Assembly (NCBI GenBank): GCA_015075075.1
Contig: JABTVA010000001.1
Location: 51,662 to 115,661, forward strand
Source: Deltaproteobacteria bacterium
Lineage (GTDB): Bacteria > Desulfobacterota > GWC2-55-46
Length of the DNA stretch: 64,000 nucleotides
Direction: 5' to 3'
Under the pieces are notes generated by a model. The model had not been told where the DNA came from and searched no databases. It saw only the letters and a program-made list of their open reading frames with translations. Position 1 is the stretch's first letter. Every line of letters begins with the position of its first letter. Positions 51,872-62,464 of this stretch are shown here, piece after piece. The position numbers and the translations under genes are program-made.

Positions 51872-52135
51872 CGGCTCCTTTCAAGGCTATTATGCAGAAA
51901 AGCGGCTTTCAAAAGGGAAAAATGGAGATTCCGGGCAATTCAATACTGTATGAATATAATTCAACTACCCTGGTGTGTCAACTTATTTGTCCTAAGCCAG
52001 ATAGTATCGATGTACCCGGCGAAGACAGGAGCCCGGCAGCCCTGGACAAAAAGCATATCCGGCTCGAATCGCTCGTCGGGCCTGGACCTCTTTTGACTTG
52101 ACACCAGGGCGCCTTTCCTGGAAAATATACCGGCA

Positions 52136-52429
52136 ATGAAGGACGAAGCACTACTCCAGGCACTCGAAGAAGCAGCCGAACGGCTCTCGATAAAGCTCTC
52201 GTATGAAGACCTCCGGAAAGGCGAAGTAACCGCCCGCGGCGGCATCTTCCAGCTTCGGGGCGAGACGCGGATAATCGTACACAGGGGCCTTCCCGTGAAG
52301 GACAGGGCCGAAGTGTTGACCGATATCCTCTCGGGGGTGGATACGTCCTCAATACACCTTGCGCCCGGAGTCAGGGAAAGGCTTGAAAAAGCAAGGGAAC
52401 GGGCCGTGCCCAGGGCTGCCGAGGCCTGA
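52136..52429 (+). CDS. Hypothetical small protein
   Basis: ORF only, divergent from trxA. Confidence 0.3.
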   Translation: MKDEALLQALEEAAERLSIKLSYEDLRKGEVTARGGIFQLRGETRIIVHRGLPVKDRAEVLTDILSGVDTSSIHLAPGVRERLEKARERAVPRAAEA

Positions 52430-52616
52430 GCAGGCCAGGAACCCGGCCTTTTACGCCTCTGAAGGCCCCTTAAAACCGCATATTCCCAGTTCACGCTCCC
52501 GGCTCTAACCAGCGCTCCCAATACATCTTCCAGCTGATCCCGGCTCGTTCCGGCCTTAAAACAAAGGCCGGCGTTATTTGCATTGCCGCCAATAGGCCCT
52601 CTCATCTTCTTTCTTG

Positions 52617-52650
52617 GATTGACTCCTGGATATTGCGGGTGGTATCATAG
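52617..52650 (+). promoter_or_regulatory. Putative sigma-70 promoter TTGACT-N18-TATCAT, about 150 nt upstream of the TPR gene
   Basis: Hexamers seen in the sequence. Confidence 0.35.
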
Positions 52651-52804
52651 GAAGCGGCAGAATTTTGGCCAGGGGCGCCCCGGAGATTACTTTATCAGGG
52701 TGCCCATAGAAGCAAGGCTCCGCCGCCAATGGACCGCGGCACCAGTCAGGCCTGAAACGGAGCGCGCTTGAGCGCCCCTTCGAGGCCGGTTCGGAGGAAT
52801 AGTC

Positions 52805-54535
52805 GTGAAGGAATCCACCTATTTCAAAAAACTGGTAGTGCCCGCGCTTGCGGCGCTCCTCCTTGTGCCTTCTTTTACCTCCAAATCGCACGCCAAGGAC
52901 CACAAAAGCGCCAAGGTCAGCCTGAAGAAATCCGGAAAGTCAGGCGACTCCTATTACTACTACATGGCCGCGCAGGTGCTAAGGAATAGCGGCGACCTCG
53001 CCGGCGCGATAGACCTCTACAAACGATCCGTCTCCCTGGACCCGGATTCCGCGGTCCTGCATTCCGAGCTCGGCAGCCTGTACATGGGCACCTCGGACCT
53101 TGAGTCCGCGAAGAAGCACCTCGAGACCTCTATAGGAAAGGACCCGGGCTACGCGCCACCGTACGCGCTCCTTGCAGAGATATACTCGTTCCAGAAGGAC
53201 CAGGCGGAAGCCGCCAGGAACTACGAGAAGGCCATCGAGCTCGACCCCTCGGACAGCAAGAGCTACCTGATGCTCGGCTCAATGTATTCCAAATCGAAGG
53301 AGTACGAGAAGGCCGAGGGGGTCCTGAAGAAGCTCCTTTCCGTAAAGCCCGACTCCGCGATGGCGTATTACTACCTCGCCAAGAACGAATTCGACAGGGC
53401 GGACTACGGCAAGGCCGCCGAATATTACCAGGGCGCCCTCAACCTCAACTCGCGCTTCGGGACCGTTTACTTCGAGCTCGGGGTAACCTTCGAGCTCGCC
53501 AAGCAGTTCGACAAGGCCATAGAGGTCTATTCGCAGGGCGTGCTCCTCATGCCCAACGACACGGGCATGGTAAACCGCCTGAGCACGCTCTACATCCAGC
53601 AGAACAGGCTGGACGAGGCGCTGGAGCAGCTCAAGAAGCTCGAGAACAGGGACGAAACGCGCCTGGACGCGATGGTCAGGACCGGTCTCATCTACTTCGA
53701 GAAAAAGAGGTTCGACGACGCCATAGCGAAGTTCAACGACATACTCTCCATGAACCCCGAGCTCCACAGGGTCCGCTACTACCTCGGGACCACGTACGAG
53801 GAGAAGGGGGACCTCGCCAACGCGGCGGCCGAGTTCGTGAAGATACCGGAGAAGGACACGAGCTTCATCGACTCGAAGATACACCTCGCGTACATATACG
53901 AGCGCCAGGGGAGGCTCGATAACACCATAAAGGAGCTGAACGAGGCCATAAAGGCCCGGGGCGAGAGCGTCGAGCTCCTTAAGCTCCTCGCCACCATATA
54001 CCGCGACGCGAAGAGGCATGCCGAATCGATAGAAACGCTCGAAATCGCCGTGAAGCTCAAGCCCGATGACCCGGACCTCCTTTTCCTCCTCGGGGTCCTC
54101 TACGACGAGGCGGAGGTCGAGGACAAGTTCATCCCCACCATGTACAGGGTGATAGAGATAGACCCCAAACACGCCAATGCCCTTAACTATATCGGCTACA
54201 CCTACGCCGAGAGGGGCATCGAGCTCGACAAGGCCGAGGAGCTCATAAAAAGGGCCTTGGAGGTCTCGCCCGATAGCGCCCACATACTCGACAGCCTCGG
54301 CTGGGTCTACTTCAAGAAAGGCGAGCTGGACAAGGCCATCGCCGAGCTCGAAAAGGCCCTCAAGCTCCTCCCCGACGACCCGGTAGTGATAGAGCACCTC
54401 GGGGACGCGTATGCGGGCAGGGACACGGAGAAGGCGCTTGGCCTCTTCGAGTCAGCCCTCGGCAAAGACCCGGAAAACCAGGGCCTGAGGGAGAAAATTG
54501 ACCGCATAAGGAAAGAAATGAAGGCCGCCAAGTGA
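52805..54535 (+). CDS. Secreted multi-TPR-repeat protein
   Basis: Signal peptide, at least 12 TPR units. Confidence 0.7.
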   Translation: MKESTYFKKLVVPALAALLLVPSFTSKSHAKDHKSAKVSLKKSGKSGDSYYYYMAAQVLRNSGDLAGAIDLYKRSVSLDPDSAVLHSELGSLYMGTSDLESAKKHLETSIGKDPGYAPPYALLAEIYSFQKDQAEAARNYEKAIELDPSDSKSYLMLGSMYSKSKEYEKAEGVLKKLLSVKPDSAMAYYYLAKNEFDRADYGKAAEYYQGALNLNSRFGTVYFELGVTFELAKQFDKAIEVYSQGVLLMPNDTGMVNRLSTLYIQQNRLDEALEQLKKLENRDETRLDAMVRTGLIYFEKKRFDDAIAKFNDILSMNPELHRVRYYLGTTYEEKGDLANAAAEFVKIPEKDTSFIDSKIHLAYIYERQGRLDNTIKELNEAIKARGESVELLKLLATIYRDAKRHAESIETLEIAVKLKPDDPDLLFLLGVLYDEAEVEDKFIPTMYRVIEIDPKHANALNYIGYTYAERGIELDKAEELIKRALEVSPDSAHILDSLGWVYFKKGELDKAIAELEKALKLLPDDPVVIEHLGDAYAGRDTEKALGLFESALGKDPENQGLREKIDRIRKEMKAAK

Positions 54536-55173
54536 GGAGGCTTCTTCTGCTTGCCGCCCTTGTCCCGCTGCTTGCGGCGGGGTGCGCCGCCAAACGCCCT
54601 GTAACGCTGCCTCCACCCGAGATAACCCCCGTAACGCTACGCGCATACGGGGCAGTTGAGATGAAGCGGGTCTTCGCCATAAGCGGCAGGGCCTTGATAC
54701 TCGCCAGCAGCCCCGCCTCCTTCAGGATAGAGGTCTACGGGCCCTTCGGCCAGACCGCCGCGATAATCGCGAGCGACGGAGAGACGGTTTACACCGTCAC
54801 TGAAGACGGCGCCGAGTCTTTCAGCCGCGATGAACCCGGCGTTCCATATTCGATTAAGCCCGAGGACGTCACATCCTTCCTCCTCGGGAACCCCCGCCCG
54901 GCATACGAGTTCTCCGGAAACAGGGTCGAGACGGCGATGGACGAGCACGGAAGGCTCCGGCTCTTTTCCAGGCCGGCTGAAGGCGGAGAGCGCGGCCTCA
55001 AGGTCCTCCTCGAGGACTACAGGGAGGTATCGGGGGCCCACATACCTTTCAGGATAATCATCGACGACGGCAAAAGGACGGTCACGATAAAATACAACGA
55101 AGTCGAGGTAAACCCGGCGCTTCCGGAAGACCTCTTCAGCGCCGGACAGGCATCCCTGGAGCCCCGCCCGTAA
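54532..55173 (+). CDS. LolB-like / DUF4292 outer-membrane lipoprotein
   Basis: Lipobox LLAAGC. 4-nt overlap with the TPR gene. Confidence 0.5.
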   Translation: MRRLLLLAALVPLLAAGCAAKRPVTLPPPEITPVTLRAYGAVEMKRVFAISGRALILASSPASFRIEVYGPFGQTAAIIASDGETVYTVTEDGAESFSRDEPGVPYSIKPEDVTSFLLGNPRPAYEFSGNRVETAMDEHGRLRLFSRPAEGGERGLKVLLEDYREVSGAHIPFRIIIDDGKRTVTIKYNEVEVNPALPEDLFSAGQASLEPRP

Positions 55174-55248
55174 AGGCAAAGAAGTTGACTATAAAAGACG
55201 GATATGTTATAAAGATAATACCTCTTTCCCCAATTCCAAAGGACCTTC

Positions 55249-55755
55249 ATGTCCAAAATCGTAATAGATAACTTCAAGACCGGCGAGCTTGCCGTCTACC
55301 CTGCCCACGGCGTTGGAATGATAATGGGCATCGAGACAAGGGAAGTCTCGGGATTAAACAAAAACTTTTACATAATCAAGATACTCGACACCGAAGCCAC
55401 GATAATGGTGCCGACCGACACGGCCGCGGCGGTCGGCCTCCGTAAGATCGTAAAGAAGTCCCTTGTCCCCAAGGTGTACGAGATATTGAAGGACCGCTCC
55501 GAGGTCTGCCTCGACAACCAGACATGGAACAGGAGATACAGGGACTACACCGACAAGATAAAGAGCGGCTGCGTGATGGAAGTGGCGCGGGTGCTCAGGG
55601 ACCTCTACATCCTCAAATATGACAAGGAGCTGTCGTTCGGCGAGCGCAGGATGCTCGACACGGCCAAGAACCTCCTTGTAAAAGAGATTTCGATCGCCAA
55701 GAAGATAAAGGAAGAGAAGGTCGAGGAAGAGCTTTTCCGCCTGATGCAGCGTTAA
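55249..55755 (+). CDS. cdnL: CarD/CdnL-family RNA-polymerase-binding transcription factor
   Basis: FKTGELAVYPAHGVG N-terminal Tudor-like motif. Confidence 0.85.
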   Translation: MSKIVIDNFKTGELAVYPAHGVGMIMGIETREVSGLNKNFYIIKILDTEATIMVPTDTAAAVGLRKIVKKSLVPKVYEILKDRSEVCLDNQTWNRRYRDYTDKIKSGCVMEVARVLRDLYILKYDKELSFGERRMLDTAKNLLVKEISIAKKIKEEKVEEELFRLMQR

Positions 55756-55765
55756 GGAGGCCGAC

Positions 55766-56812
55766 TTGTATCTCGTAATGCGCTCCCTTCTGGTGATCTT
55801 CGCTTCGGCCAGCGGGTACTACATAGTCCTAAGGATACTCGGCGGAAAGTTCGCCCTCGTGGGCCTCGTAAGCGGCCTTCTCATATCCGTCCTCGCCCTC
55901 TTTTTCGAAAAGCGCGTAAAGAAGACCCCTCTGAGGATCGTCCTCGGCGGGGCCATAGGGCTCATAATAGGGCTCACGGTCGCGAACCTCCTGACCTATC
56001 CGCTGATGCTCAAATCCCAGTTCGGGAGCGAGTACTTCGAGCTTGCGGTCTATCTCCTCACCAACATAATAATCGGCTACCTGGGCCTGAGCATCGGGAT
56101 GAAAAAGGGCGACGAGTTCGATTGGCACAAGACCGTCAAGCTCTTCACCGAGCACCAGAAGGGCGGCGACTCGCCCGAGAAGGCCGCTATAAAGGCAAGC
56201 CCGCTCGTCATAGACACGAGCGTCATAATAGACGGCAGGATCGCCGAGGTCACGGAGACCGGCTTCCTGGAAGGCAAGCTCATAGTGCCGCAGTTCGTGC
56301 TCCAGGAGCTGCAGCACATAGCCGACTCCGCGGACCCGGTCAAAAGGGCCCGCGGCAAGAGGGGGCTCGACGTATTGAAGCAGATACAGTCCACGAACAG
56401 GACATCGGTCGAGATAACCGGGCGGGACTTCCCTGAGATAAGGGAGGTGGACTCGAAGCTCGTGGCCCTCGCAAAGGAGATTTCCGGGAAGATACTCACG
56501 AACGACGCCAACCTAAACAAGGTGGCGGAGCTCCACGGCGTGAGCGTACTCAACATGAACAAGCTCGCGACGGCCATGAAGCCGGTGGTGCTCCCGGGAG
56601 AGGCCCTCAACATCCTGGTCCTCAAGGAGGGCAAGGAGCACGGCCAGGGCGTAGGCTATCTCGAGGACGGGACAATGGTCGTCATAGACAACGGCCGCGA
56701 GTTCGTGGGCAAGACCATAGACGTCACCATAACGAGCGTCCTCCAGACGACCGGAGGGAGGATGATATTCTCCAAGGCCCGGGAGGACTTCAGGAAGGCC
56801 GCCTACCAGTAG
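55766..56812 (+). CDS. PIN/TRAM-domain membrane protein (YacL-like)
   Basis: N-terminal TM helices, PIN (VIDTSVIIDGRI), C-terminal TRAM. TTG start with AGGAGG at -11. Confidence 0.8.
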   Translation: MYLVMRSLLVIFASASGYYIVLRILGGKFALVGLVSGLLISVLALFFEKRVKKTPLRIVLGGAIGLIIGLTVANLLTYPLMLKSQFGSEYFELAVYLLTNIIIGYLGLSIGMKKGDEFDWHKTVKLFTEHQKGGDSPEKAAIKASPLVIDTSVIIDGRIAEVTETGFLEGKLIVPQFVLQELQHIADSADPVKRARGKRGLDVLKQIQSTNRTSVEITGRDFPEIREVDSKLVALAKEISGKILTNDANLNKVAELHGVSVLNMNKLATAMKPVVLPGEALNILVLKEGKEHGQGVGYLEDGTMVVIDNGREFVGKTIDVTITSVLQTTGGRMIFSKAREDFRKAAYQ

Positions 56813-57003
56813 CAGTTTCCGCGAGCCTTCGGCTGTGCCGGGCCGCGATCTCCGGTTCCCTGTACAATCAGACAGTGCCTCGCCCCGAAATCCGCTTAAA
56901 AATCCTTTAAATCGAGTTGAAATAATATTAAACTGTCCGGTGCCGTCAAATCGTGGCGGGCATCGAATGCCTTTCGTCCTTTTTGACGCCGCCTTGAGTG
57001 ATA

Positions 57004-57722
57004 TGAAAAATCCGCCTGAACGGGTAAAAACTCTCGCCATAATACCTTCCGCCGGCATGGGCCGTAGGATGGGCTCCGGGAAGATGAAGAACTACCTCGA
57101 CCTCCTCGGAAAACCGGTGCTCGCCCGCACGATAGAGCCTTTCGCGGCATCGGGCATGGTCGATTCCATCGTCGTCGTAGCCCCCCCCCCGGACGAAAGG
57201 TTCTGCAGGGAACGGATTATAGAAGAGTACGGCTTCCGCAAGGTCATCTGCGTGGCGGGCGGAGGGGCCGAGAGGCAGGACTCGGTCGAGAACGGCCTCA
57301 ATGCCGCCGGAGAGGGCTTCGGGGCGGTCATAGTGCATGACGGGGCCCGGCCCCTCGTCACCCCTGACATAATCGAGAAGACCATAAGGGCCGCGCTCGA
57401 TATTGGCGCGGCCATAGCCGCGGTGCCCGTGAAGGACACGATAAAGGAGGCCGGGGACGGCTTTGTGAGGTCTACCCTTAAAAGGGAACCGCTCATAGCC
57501 GTGCAGACCCCGCAGGCCTTCAGGACCGCGGTCCTCGTAGAGGCCTTCAGGAAGGCGAAGGCAGACGGATTTTTAGGCACCGACGAAAGCTCTCTTGTCG
57601 AGAGGACGGGCGCGAAGGTAAAGGTGGTCCTCGGCTCCTACGAGAACATAAAGATAACGACACCCGGCGACCTCATGCTCGCCGAATGCATATTGAGGCA
57701 GAGGGACGGGATAACGACATGA
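57004..57722 (+). CDS. ispD: 2-C-methyl-D-erythritol 4-phosphate cytidylyltransferase
   Basis: IIPSAGMGRRMG P-loop. Contains a C10 homopolymer at 57181-57190 (in frame, VAPPPD). Confidence 0.85.
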
Positions 57723-58198
57723 GGATAGGTTTCGGATACGACGTCCACAGGCTTGTGGAGGGAAGAAGGCTCGTGCTCGGCGGCGTGGATGTGCCCTATG
57801 AAAAGGGCCTTCATGGTCACTCCGACGCGGACGTCCTCCTCCATGCGCTGATAGACGCGCTCATCGGGGCCGCGGGCCTGGGCGACATCGGAAAGCACTT
57901 CCCCCCGACAGACCCCGCGTGGAAGGACGCGTCGAGCCTCGACCTCCTTGCCAGGGCCGGGTCCCTTCTCAGGGAAAAGGGCTATACCGTCGGTAACATC
58001 GACTCGACCATCGTATGCGAGGCCCCCAAGCTCCTCGGCCACATACCCGGTATGGTCAGGAACATCTCGCGGGTGCTTGGCTGCGGCGAGGAGAGAGTGA
58101 ACGTAAAGGCCAAGACAGAGGAAGGGCTCGGCTTTACCGGGAGCGGGGACGGCATAAGCGCCTACGCCGTCGCCCTCATCGAGGGGGGCCGCGGGTAA
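57719..58198 (+). CDS. ispF: 2-C-methyl-D-erythritol 2,4-cyclodiphosphate synthase
   Basis: IGFGYDVHRL, HSDADV motifs. 4-nt overlap with ispD. Confidence 0.9.
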   Translation: MRIGFGYDVHRLVEGRRLVLGGVDVPYEKGLHGHSDADVLLHALIDALIGAAGLGDIGKHFPPTDPAWKDASSLDLLARAGSLLREKGYTVGNIDSTIVCEAPKLLGHIPGMVRNISRVLGCGEERVNVKAKTEEGLGFTGSGDGISAYAVALIEGGRG

Positions 58199-59574
58199 TG
58201 GTCCGGACCAGGTTCGCGCCGAGCCCGACAGGCGCGCTCCACCTCGGCAATGCCCGCACCGCTCTTTTCAACTGGCTCTTCGCGCGACACCATAAAGGGA
58301 ACTGCATACTCCGGATAGAGGACACCGACACCAAAAGCTCCACCTCCGAGGCCGAGGCAGGCATTTACGAGGACCTTAAGTGGCTCGGGCTCGGCTGGGA
58401 CGAGGGGCCTGACACGGGCGGGCCGTTCGGCCCATACAGGCAGTCCGAGCGTCTCTCACTTTACAGGGAAGAGGCCGAGAGGCTCATTGACGAGGGCAAG
58501 GCGTACAGGTGCTACTGCACTGTCGAGAGGCTTGAAGCGCTCCGCGCGGAGCAGGCTGCCAAGGGGCTTCCCTCGCGCTACGACGGGAAATGCAGGGGGC
58601 TCGCCCCGGGAAAAGAGCCGAAGGGCGCGCCTTCGGTCGTTCGCTTCAAGGTGCCTGTAAAGGACGTCATGCTCATGGACGCGGTCCACGGGCTTTTGAG
58701 CTTTGATTCGCGCTCCATTGGCGATTTCGTCATAATGGGCTCGGACGGCATCGCGGCCTATAATTTCGCCGCCGTGGTGGACGACTCAGGGATGAGCATA
58801 TCCCACGTGATACGAGGCGACGACCACCTCTCGAACACGCCGAGGCAGCTGCTTCTCTTCGAGGCGCTCGGCAGGCCTGCCCCCATATACAGCCACGTGC
58901 CGCTGGTACTCGGGCCGGACAGGACGCCGCTCAGCAAGCGCCACGGCGACTTCTCCCTAAGGGGCCTCCGGGAAGAGGGCTATCTACCCGAGGCGATCGC
59001 TAACGCCATAGCAAGGCTCGGATGGAACCCGGGCGAGGGGTTCCTTACGCTTGAAGAGATGGCCGGGAGGTTTTCGCTTGAGCGGCTCTCGAAATCCGGC
59101 TCGGAGTTCGATATCGGAAGGCTTAAGTCCTACAACAAGGACGCGATGAATGAAAAAGGCGGGCGGGAGCTTGCCTCGCTCCTCGGCATCGAGGGAGCGG
59201 GCATTGACAAGCTCGCCGGTCTTGCGGACGCGCTCAAGAAAAACGCCTCGACGCTTAACGAGCTACGCTCCCTCATGCGCCCCTTCCTCTCAGAGCCCGC
59301 TCCCGGAGAAGCCGCGCTTTCCGAAATAAGAGAGGAGCGGAGCCTCAAGGTCATAAGGGCTTTCAGTGAAGAGCTGGACAAGGCGGCAGGTCCGGAAGAT
59401 TACGAGGCGATAATAGAGAGGGTCAAGGCCGCCACGGGCGAAAAGGGTAAGCATCTTCTCATGCCCGCGCGGCTCGCCCTCACAGGCGAGCGCGAAGGCA
59501 TAGAGCTACCCGGGGTCTTGAGGCTCCTCGGAAAAAGAGAAGCGATAAGGAGGCTTGAAAAATGGCTTCGATAA
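58198..59574 (+). CDS. gltX: Glutamate--tRNA ligase
   Basis: RFAPSPTGALHLGNARTA HIGH motif, KLSKR. Confidence 0.9.
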   Translation: MVRTRFAPSPTGALHLGNARTALFNWLFARHHKGNCILRIEDTDTKSSTSEAEAGIYEDLKWLGLGWDEGPDTGGPFGPYRQSERLSLYREEAERLIDEGKAYRCYCTVERLEALRAEQAAKGLPSRYDGKCRGLAPGKEPKGAPSVVRFKVPVKDVMLMDAVHGLLSFDSRSIGDFVIMGSDGIAAYNFAAVVDDSGMSISHVIRGDDHLSNTPRQLLLFEALGRPAPIYSHVPLVLGPDRTPLSKRHGDFSLRGLREEGYLPEAIANAIARLGWNPGEGFLTLEEMAGRFSLERLSKSGSEFDIGRLKSYNKDAMNEKGGRELASLLGIEGAGIDKLAGLADALKKNASTLNELRSLMRPFLSEPAPGEAALSEIREERSLKVIRAFSEELDKAAGPEDYEAIIERVKAATGEKGKHLLMPARLALTGEREGIELPGVLRLLGKREAIRRLEKWLR

Positions 59575-61013
59575 GGGTCTTCAACTCCCTCACGGGCGAG
59601 AGGGAGGAGTTTAAGCCGAAGGAGCCCGGCAAGGTCTCGATGTACGTATGCGGGCCGACCGTCTACGACCTGAGCCACATAGGGCACGCGAGGAGCGCGG
59701 TCTCCTTCGACGCCATACAGAAATACTTCAGGTACAGGGGATACGATGTCAGATACGCCCGGAACTACACGGACGTAGACGACAAGATAATCAAGAGGGC
59801 CGCCACCGAGGGCACATCGTCCGAGGTGGTAGCGGAGAAGTACATCAAGGCCTTTGACGAGGACATGGCCGCCCTCGGCGTGGGCCTCCCGGACTTGAGG
59901 CCCAAAGCAACCGAGAGCATAGGGAAGATAATCGAGGTGACCGGCTCGCTCATAAAGAAGGGCTTCGCCTACGAGATGGGAGGCGACGTATACTATTCCG
60001 TCCGGAAAAAGGCCGACTACGGGAAGCTCTCCGGAAAGAACATAGACGAGCTCGAAAGCGGCGCGAGGGTCGAGGTGGACGAGCGGAAGAAAGACCCGCT
60101 GGACTTCGCCCTCTGGAAAGCGAGCAAGCCCGGCGAGCCCTCATGGGAGAGCCCCTGGGGAAAGGGCCGCCCGGGCTGGCACATCGAGTGCAGCGCGATG
60201 GTATTGGAATGGCTCGGCGACACCATAGACATACACGGCGGCGGCAAGGACCTCATCTTCCCGCACCACGAAAACGAGATAGCGCAGAGCGAGGCCGCCA
60301 CAGGCAAAACACCCTATGCCAGATACTGGCTCCACAACGGCTTCGTGAACATCGAAAAGGAGAAGATGAGCAAGTCCCTCGGGAACATCCTGAATATCAG
60401 GGACGCTCTAAAAGACCACACCGCAGAGGCCATAAGGCTCTTCCTCCTTTCGAGCCACTACCGCTCTCCCATAGACTACACTGCCGAATCGCTCCGTGAG
60501 GCCGAGAGCGCGGTAGAGAGATATTATAAGACCCTCCAGCGCGCAGCAGCCGAGTACCCGACCATACTCGAGGCCCAGCCCTGCTTAAGCTGCGTGGAGG
60601 ACAGGCTACACGACGCCTTCAAGCCCATGGACGACGACTTCAACACCGCCGAGGTCATAGGGAACCTCTTTAAGGAAATAACCCGCATGAACAAGGCCAT
60701 GGACGAGGCGCGGAGCAAAGGCGAGAAAAAGGGCGTGTGGGAGGAGCTTTCGAACTCGCTCGCGGTCATACGCGAGGCGTCGAAGTTCTTAGGCGTCTTC
60801 AACCGCACGCCCGAGGAGTATTACAAGGACAGGAGCTCGCGCGTTGAGATGGAGCTTTCGGCTCAAGAGATCGAAAGGCTCATAGCCGAGAGGAACGAGG
60901 CCCGGAAGAGGAAGGACTTTGCCAGGGCCGACGCTATAAGGAAGGAGCTATCTGAAAAAGGCGTCGAGCTTGAAGACACGCCAAAGGGGACGACGTGGAG
61001 CGTGAGGGGGTGA
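59562..61013 (+). CDS. cysS: Cysteine--tRNA ligase
   Basis: CGPTVYDLSHIGH, KMSKS. Confidence 0.9.
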   Translation: MASIRVFNSLTGEREEFKPKEPGKVSMYVCGPTVYDLSHIGHARSAVSFDAIQKYFRYRGYDVRYARNYTDVDDKIIKRAATEGTSSEVVAEKYIKAFDEDMAALGVGLPDLRPKATESIGKIIEVTGSLIKKGFAYEMGGDVYYSVRKKADYGKLSGKNIDELESGARVEVDERKKDPLDFALWKASKPGEPSWESPWGKGRPGWHIECSAMVLEWLGDTIDIHGGGKDLIFPHHENEIAQSEAATGKTPYARYWLHNGFVNIEKEKMSKSLGNILNIRDALKDHTAEAIRLFLLSSHYRSPIDYTAESLREAESAVERYYKTLQRAAAEYPTILEAQPCLSCVEDRLHDAFKPMDDDFNTAEVIGNLFKEITRMNKAMDEARSKGEKKGVWEELSNSLAVIREASKFLGVFNRTPEEYYKDRSSRVEMELSAQEIERLIAERNEARKRKDFARADAIRKELSEKGVELEDTPKGTTWSVRG

Positions 61014-61093
61014 TAAAGGAATGAACATCTCCCCGGCCTTGAAAGGCCGGGGCTTTCTGACCGCTTCTTAAAAAAGCTGATAATGTCTACATT

Positions 61094-61803
61094 TTAACGA
61101 TCGAATTCGTTAACAGGAGGAGCTGGCGCCTCCCAAACAATCACATCTGAATAGTCCAAAAAGTTTAGAATGTTTTTTTTCGTACGTACTTTTGCTTCTA
61201 CTTTACCCGTCCCTGGCCTTATTACCGTTATTACAACTTCTGTTCCTTCATTAATTTTAAGCAACTCAGGACCCTGTGGTGGAAAAGGGATGCTGTTTAT
61301 TGAGATAATATTGTCCCCTTCAATTATGCCAGCATTACGCAATTCATCATTATGGATTTCTATAATCATATTGTTTTCATTTGTTCTAAATCCAATCTGA
61401 GACGGATTTATTTTGAATAAAAAACCATAAATCTGTGTCTGATACATTGAACGGCCATCGCAGTTGCACCACCATATGGTAAAGGCACAGCTGTAGCAGT
61501 ACTGCCAGCGTATTGTGTTTGACCATGTTTTATCAAAACCAAATCCGCTTTAAGCTCAGCTGCTTTTTTCCAGATACGTCTTGTTGCAAAATCCCTACCG
61601 CCACCTTCAAATGTGCTGATGACTGCGAATGGTGTCAAAGCAGAATCAATCTTGACGGAATCTGCATAGAAAAGTTTAGGCCTTTCTGGGCCATCTATAT
61701 TCATTGCATAATCATAAGCAGGAAGCCTATGAACCTGTAATGGGGCACAACCTGAAATCAAAATCAAAATAAAGATAATTGTAAAAATTTTTAATTTCAG
61801 CAT
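61094..61803 (-). CDS. Lipoprotein with a PDZ-like C-terminal segment, encoded in an AT-rich islet; split by a probable frameshift at a T6 run (about 61408-61447)
   Basis: Lipobox ILISGC. The two ORFs 61408..61803 and 61094..61447 overlap at TTTTTT. Local GC is far below the window mean. Confidence 0.45.
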
Positions 61804-61971
61804 AAGTTGCTCCTAGCGACGAATTGAAATTACTTATGCCATTTCATAATGAAAAAGTAAACAATTTGCAGATAGGACGCGTCACGAGACATAAAGGATC
61901 TCTAACGTTGACAAGATCTCTTTCCTCCGGATATAGTTCCGGCTTTCCTCCACGCCGCGCCTGGTCAGTTA

Positions 61972-62059
61972 GGTAGGGTGCGCTGCGCGCACCAAAGCAT
62001 CATATTAATATTTTGTATCCGGAATCCGATTGAATGGTGCGCACAGCGCACCCTACGAG
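61972..62059. repeat. Family E palindromic element: 21-bp GC-rich arms (GTAGGGTGCGCTGCGCGCACC / GGTGCGCACAGCGCACCCTAC) around a 45-bp AT-rich loop
   Basis: Second copy at 62604-62685. Confidence 0.65.
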
Positions 62060-62078
62060 CTACGATCAGAGAGGCCTT

Positions 62079-62408
62079 TCAGTGCCGCGCCTTCCTCATG
62101 TGGTAGTGCTTTGTGAGCCCCTCGTCCACGCGCGAGAATTCGACTCCCATCCCGCATTTGGTGATGTGCACCATGCCATGCGGGACCTTCTTTGCCCAGG
62201 CCACCACGCCCTCGGCCATGTAGTCAACATCGTCTATTGTAATCTTGAGATATAGCTTCGTCCCAACGCCGAAAACCTGGTGGGCCTTTATGCAGATGCC
62301 TGTCTCCGACAGGTCGGTGATGAATGCGAACTGCTCCGGCGGATTGGTCAACCCGTAACGGACGCTTGCGCGCATTTTTAACCTGGGGCTTTTTCTTTTG
62401 TCGACCAT
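62079..62408 (-). CDS. Single-domain PilZ protein
   Basis: RKSPR (RxxxR) and DLSETG (DxSxxG) motifs. Confidence 0.7.
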   Translation of the reverse strand: MVDKRKSPRLKMRASVRYGLTNPPEQFAFITDLSETGICIKAHQVFGVGTKLYLKITIDDVDYMAEGVVAWAKKVPHGMVHITKCGMGVEFSRVDEGLTKHYHMRKARH

Positions 62409-62464
62409 CGCTTTCTTTTTTGTCCGGCGATCTCTTGCGGCTTATGCGTCTTATATATGAGCCT

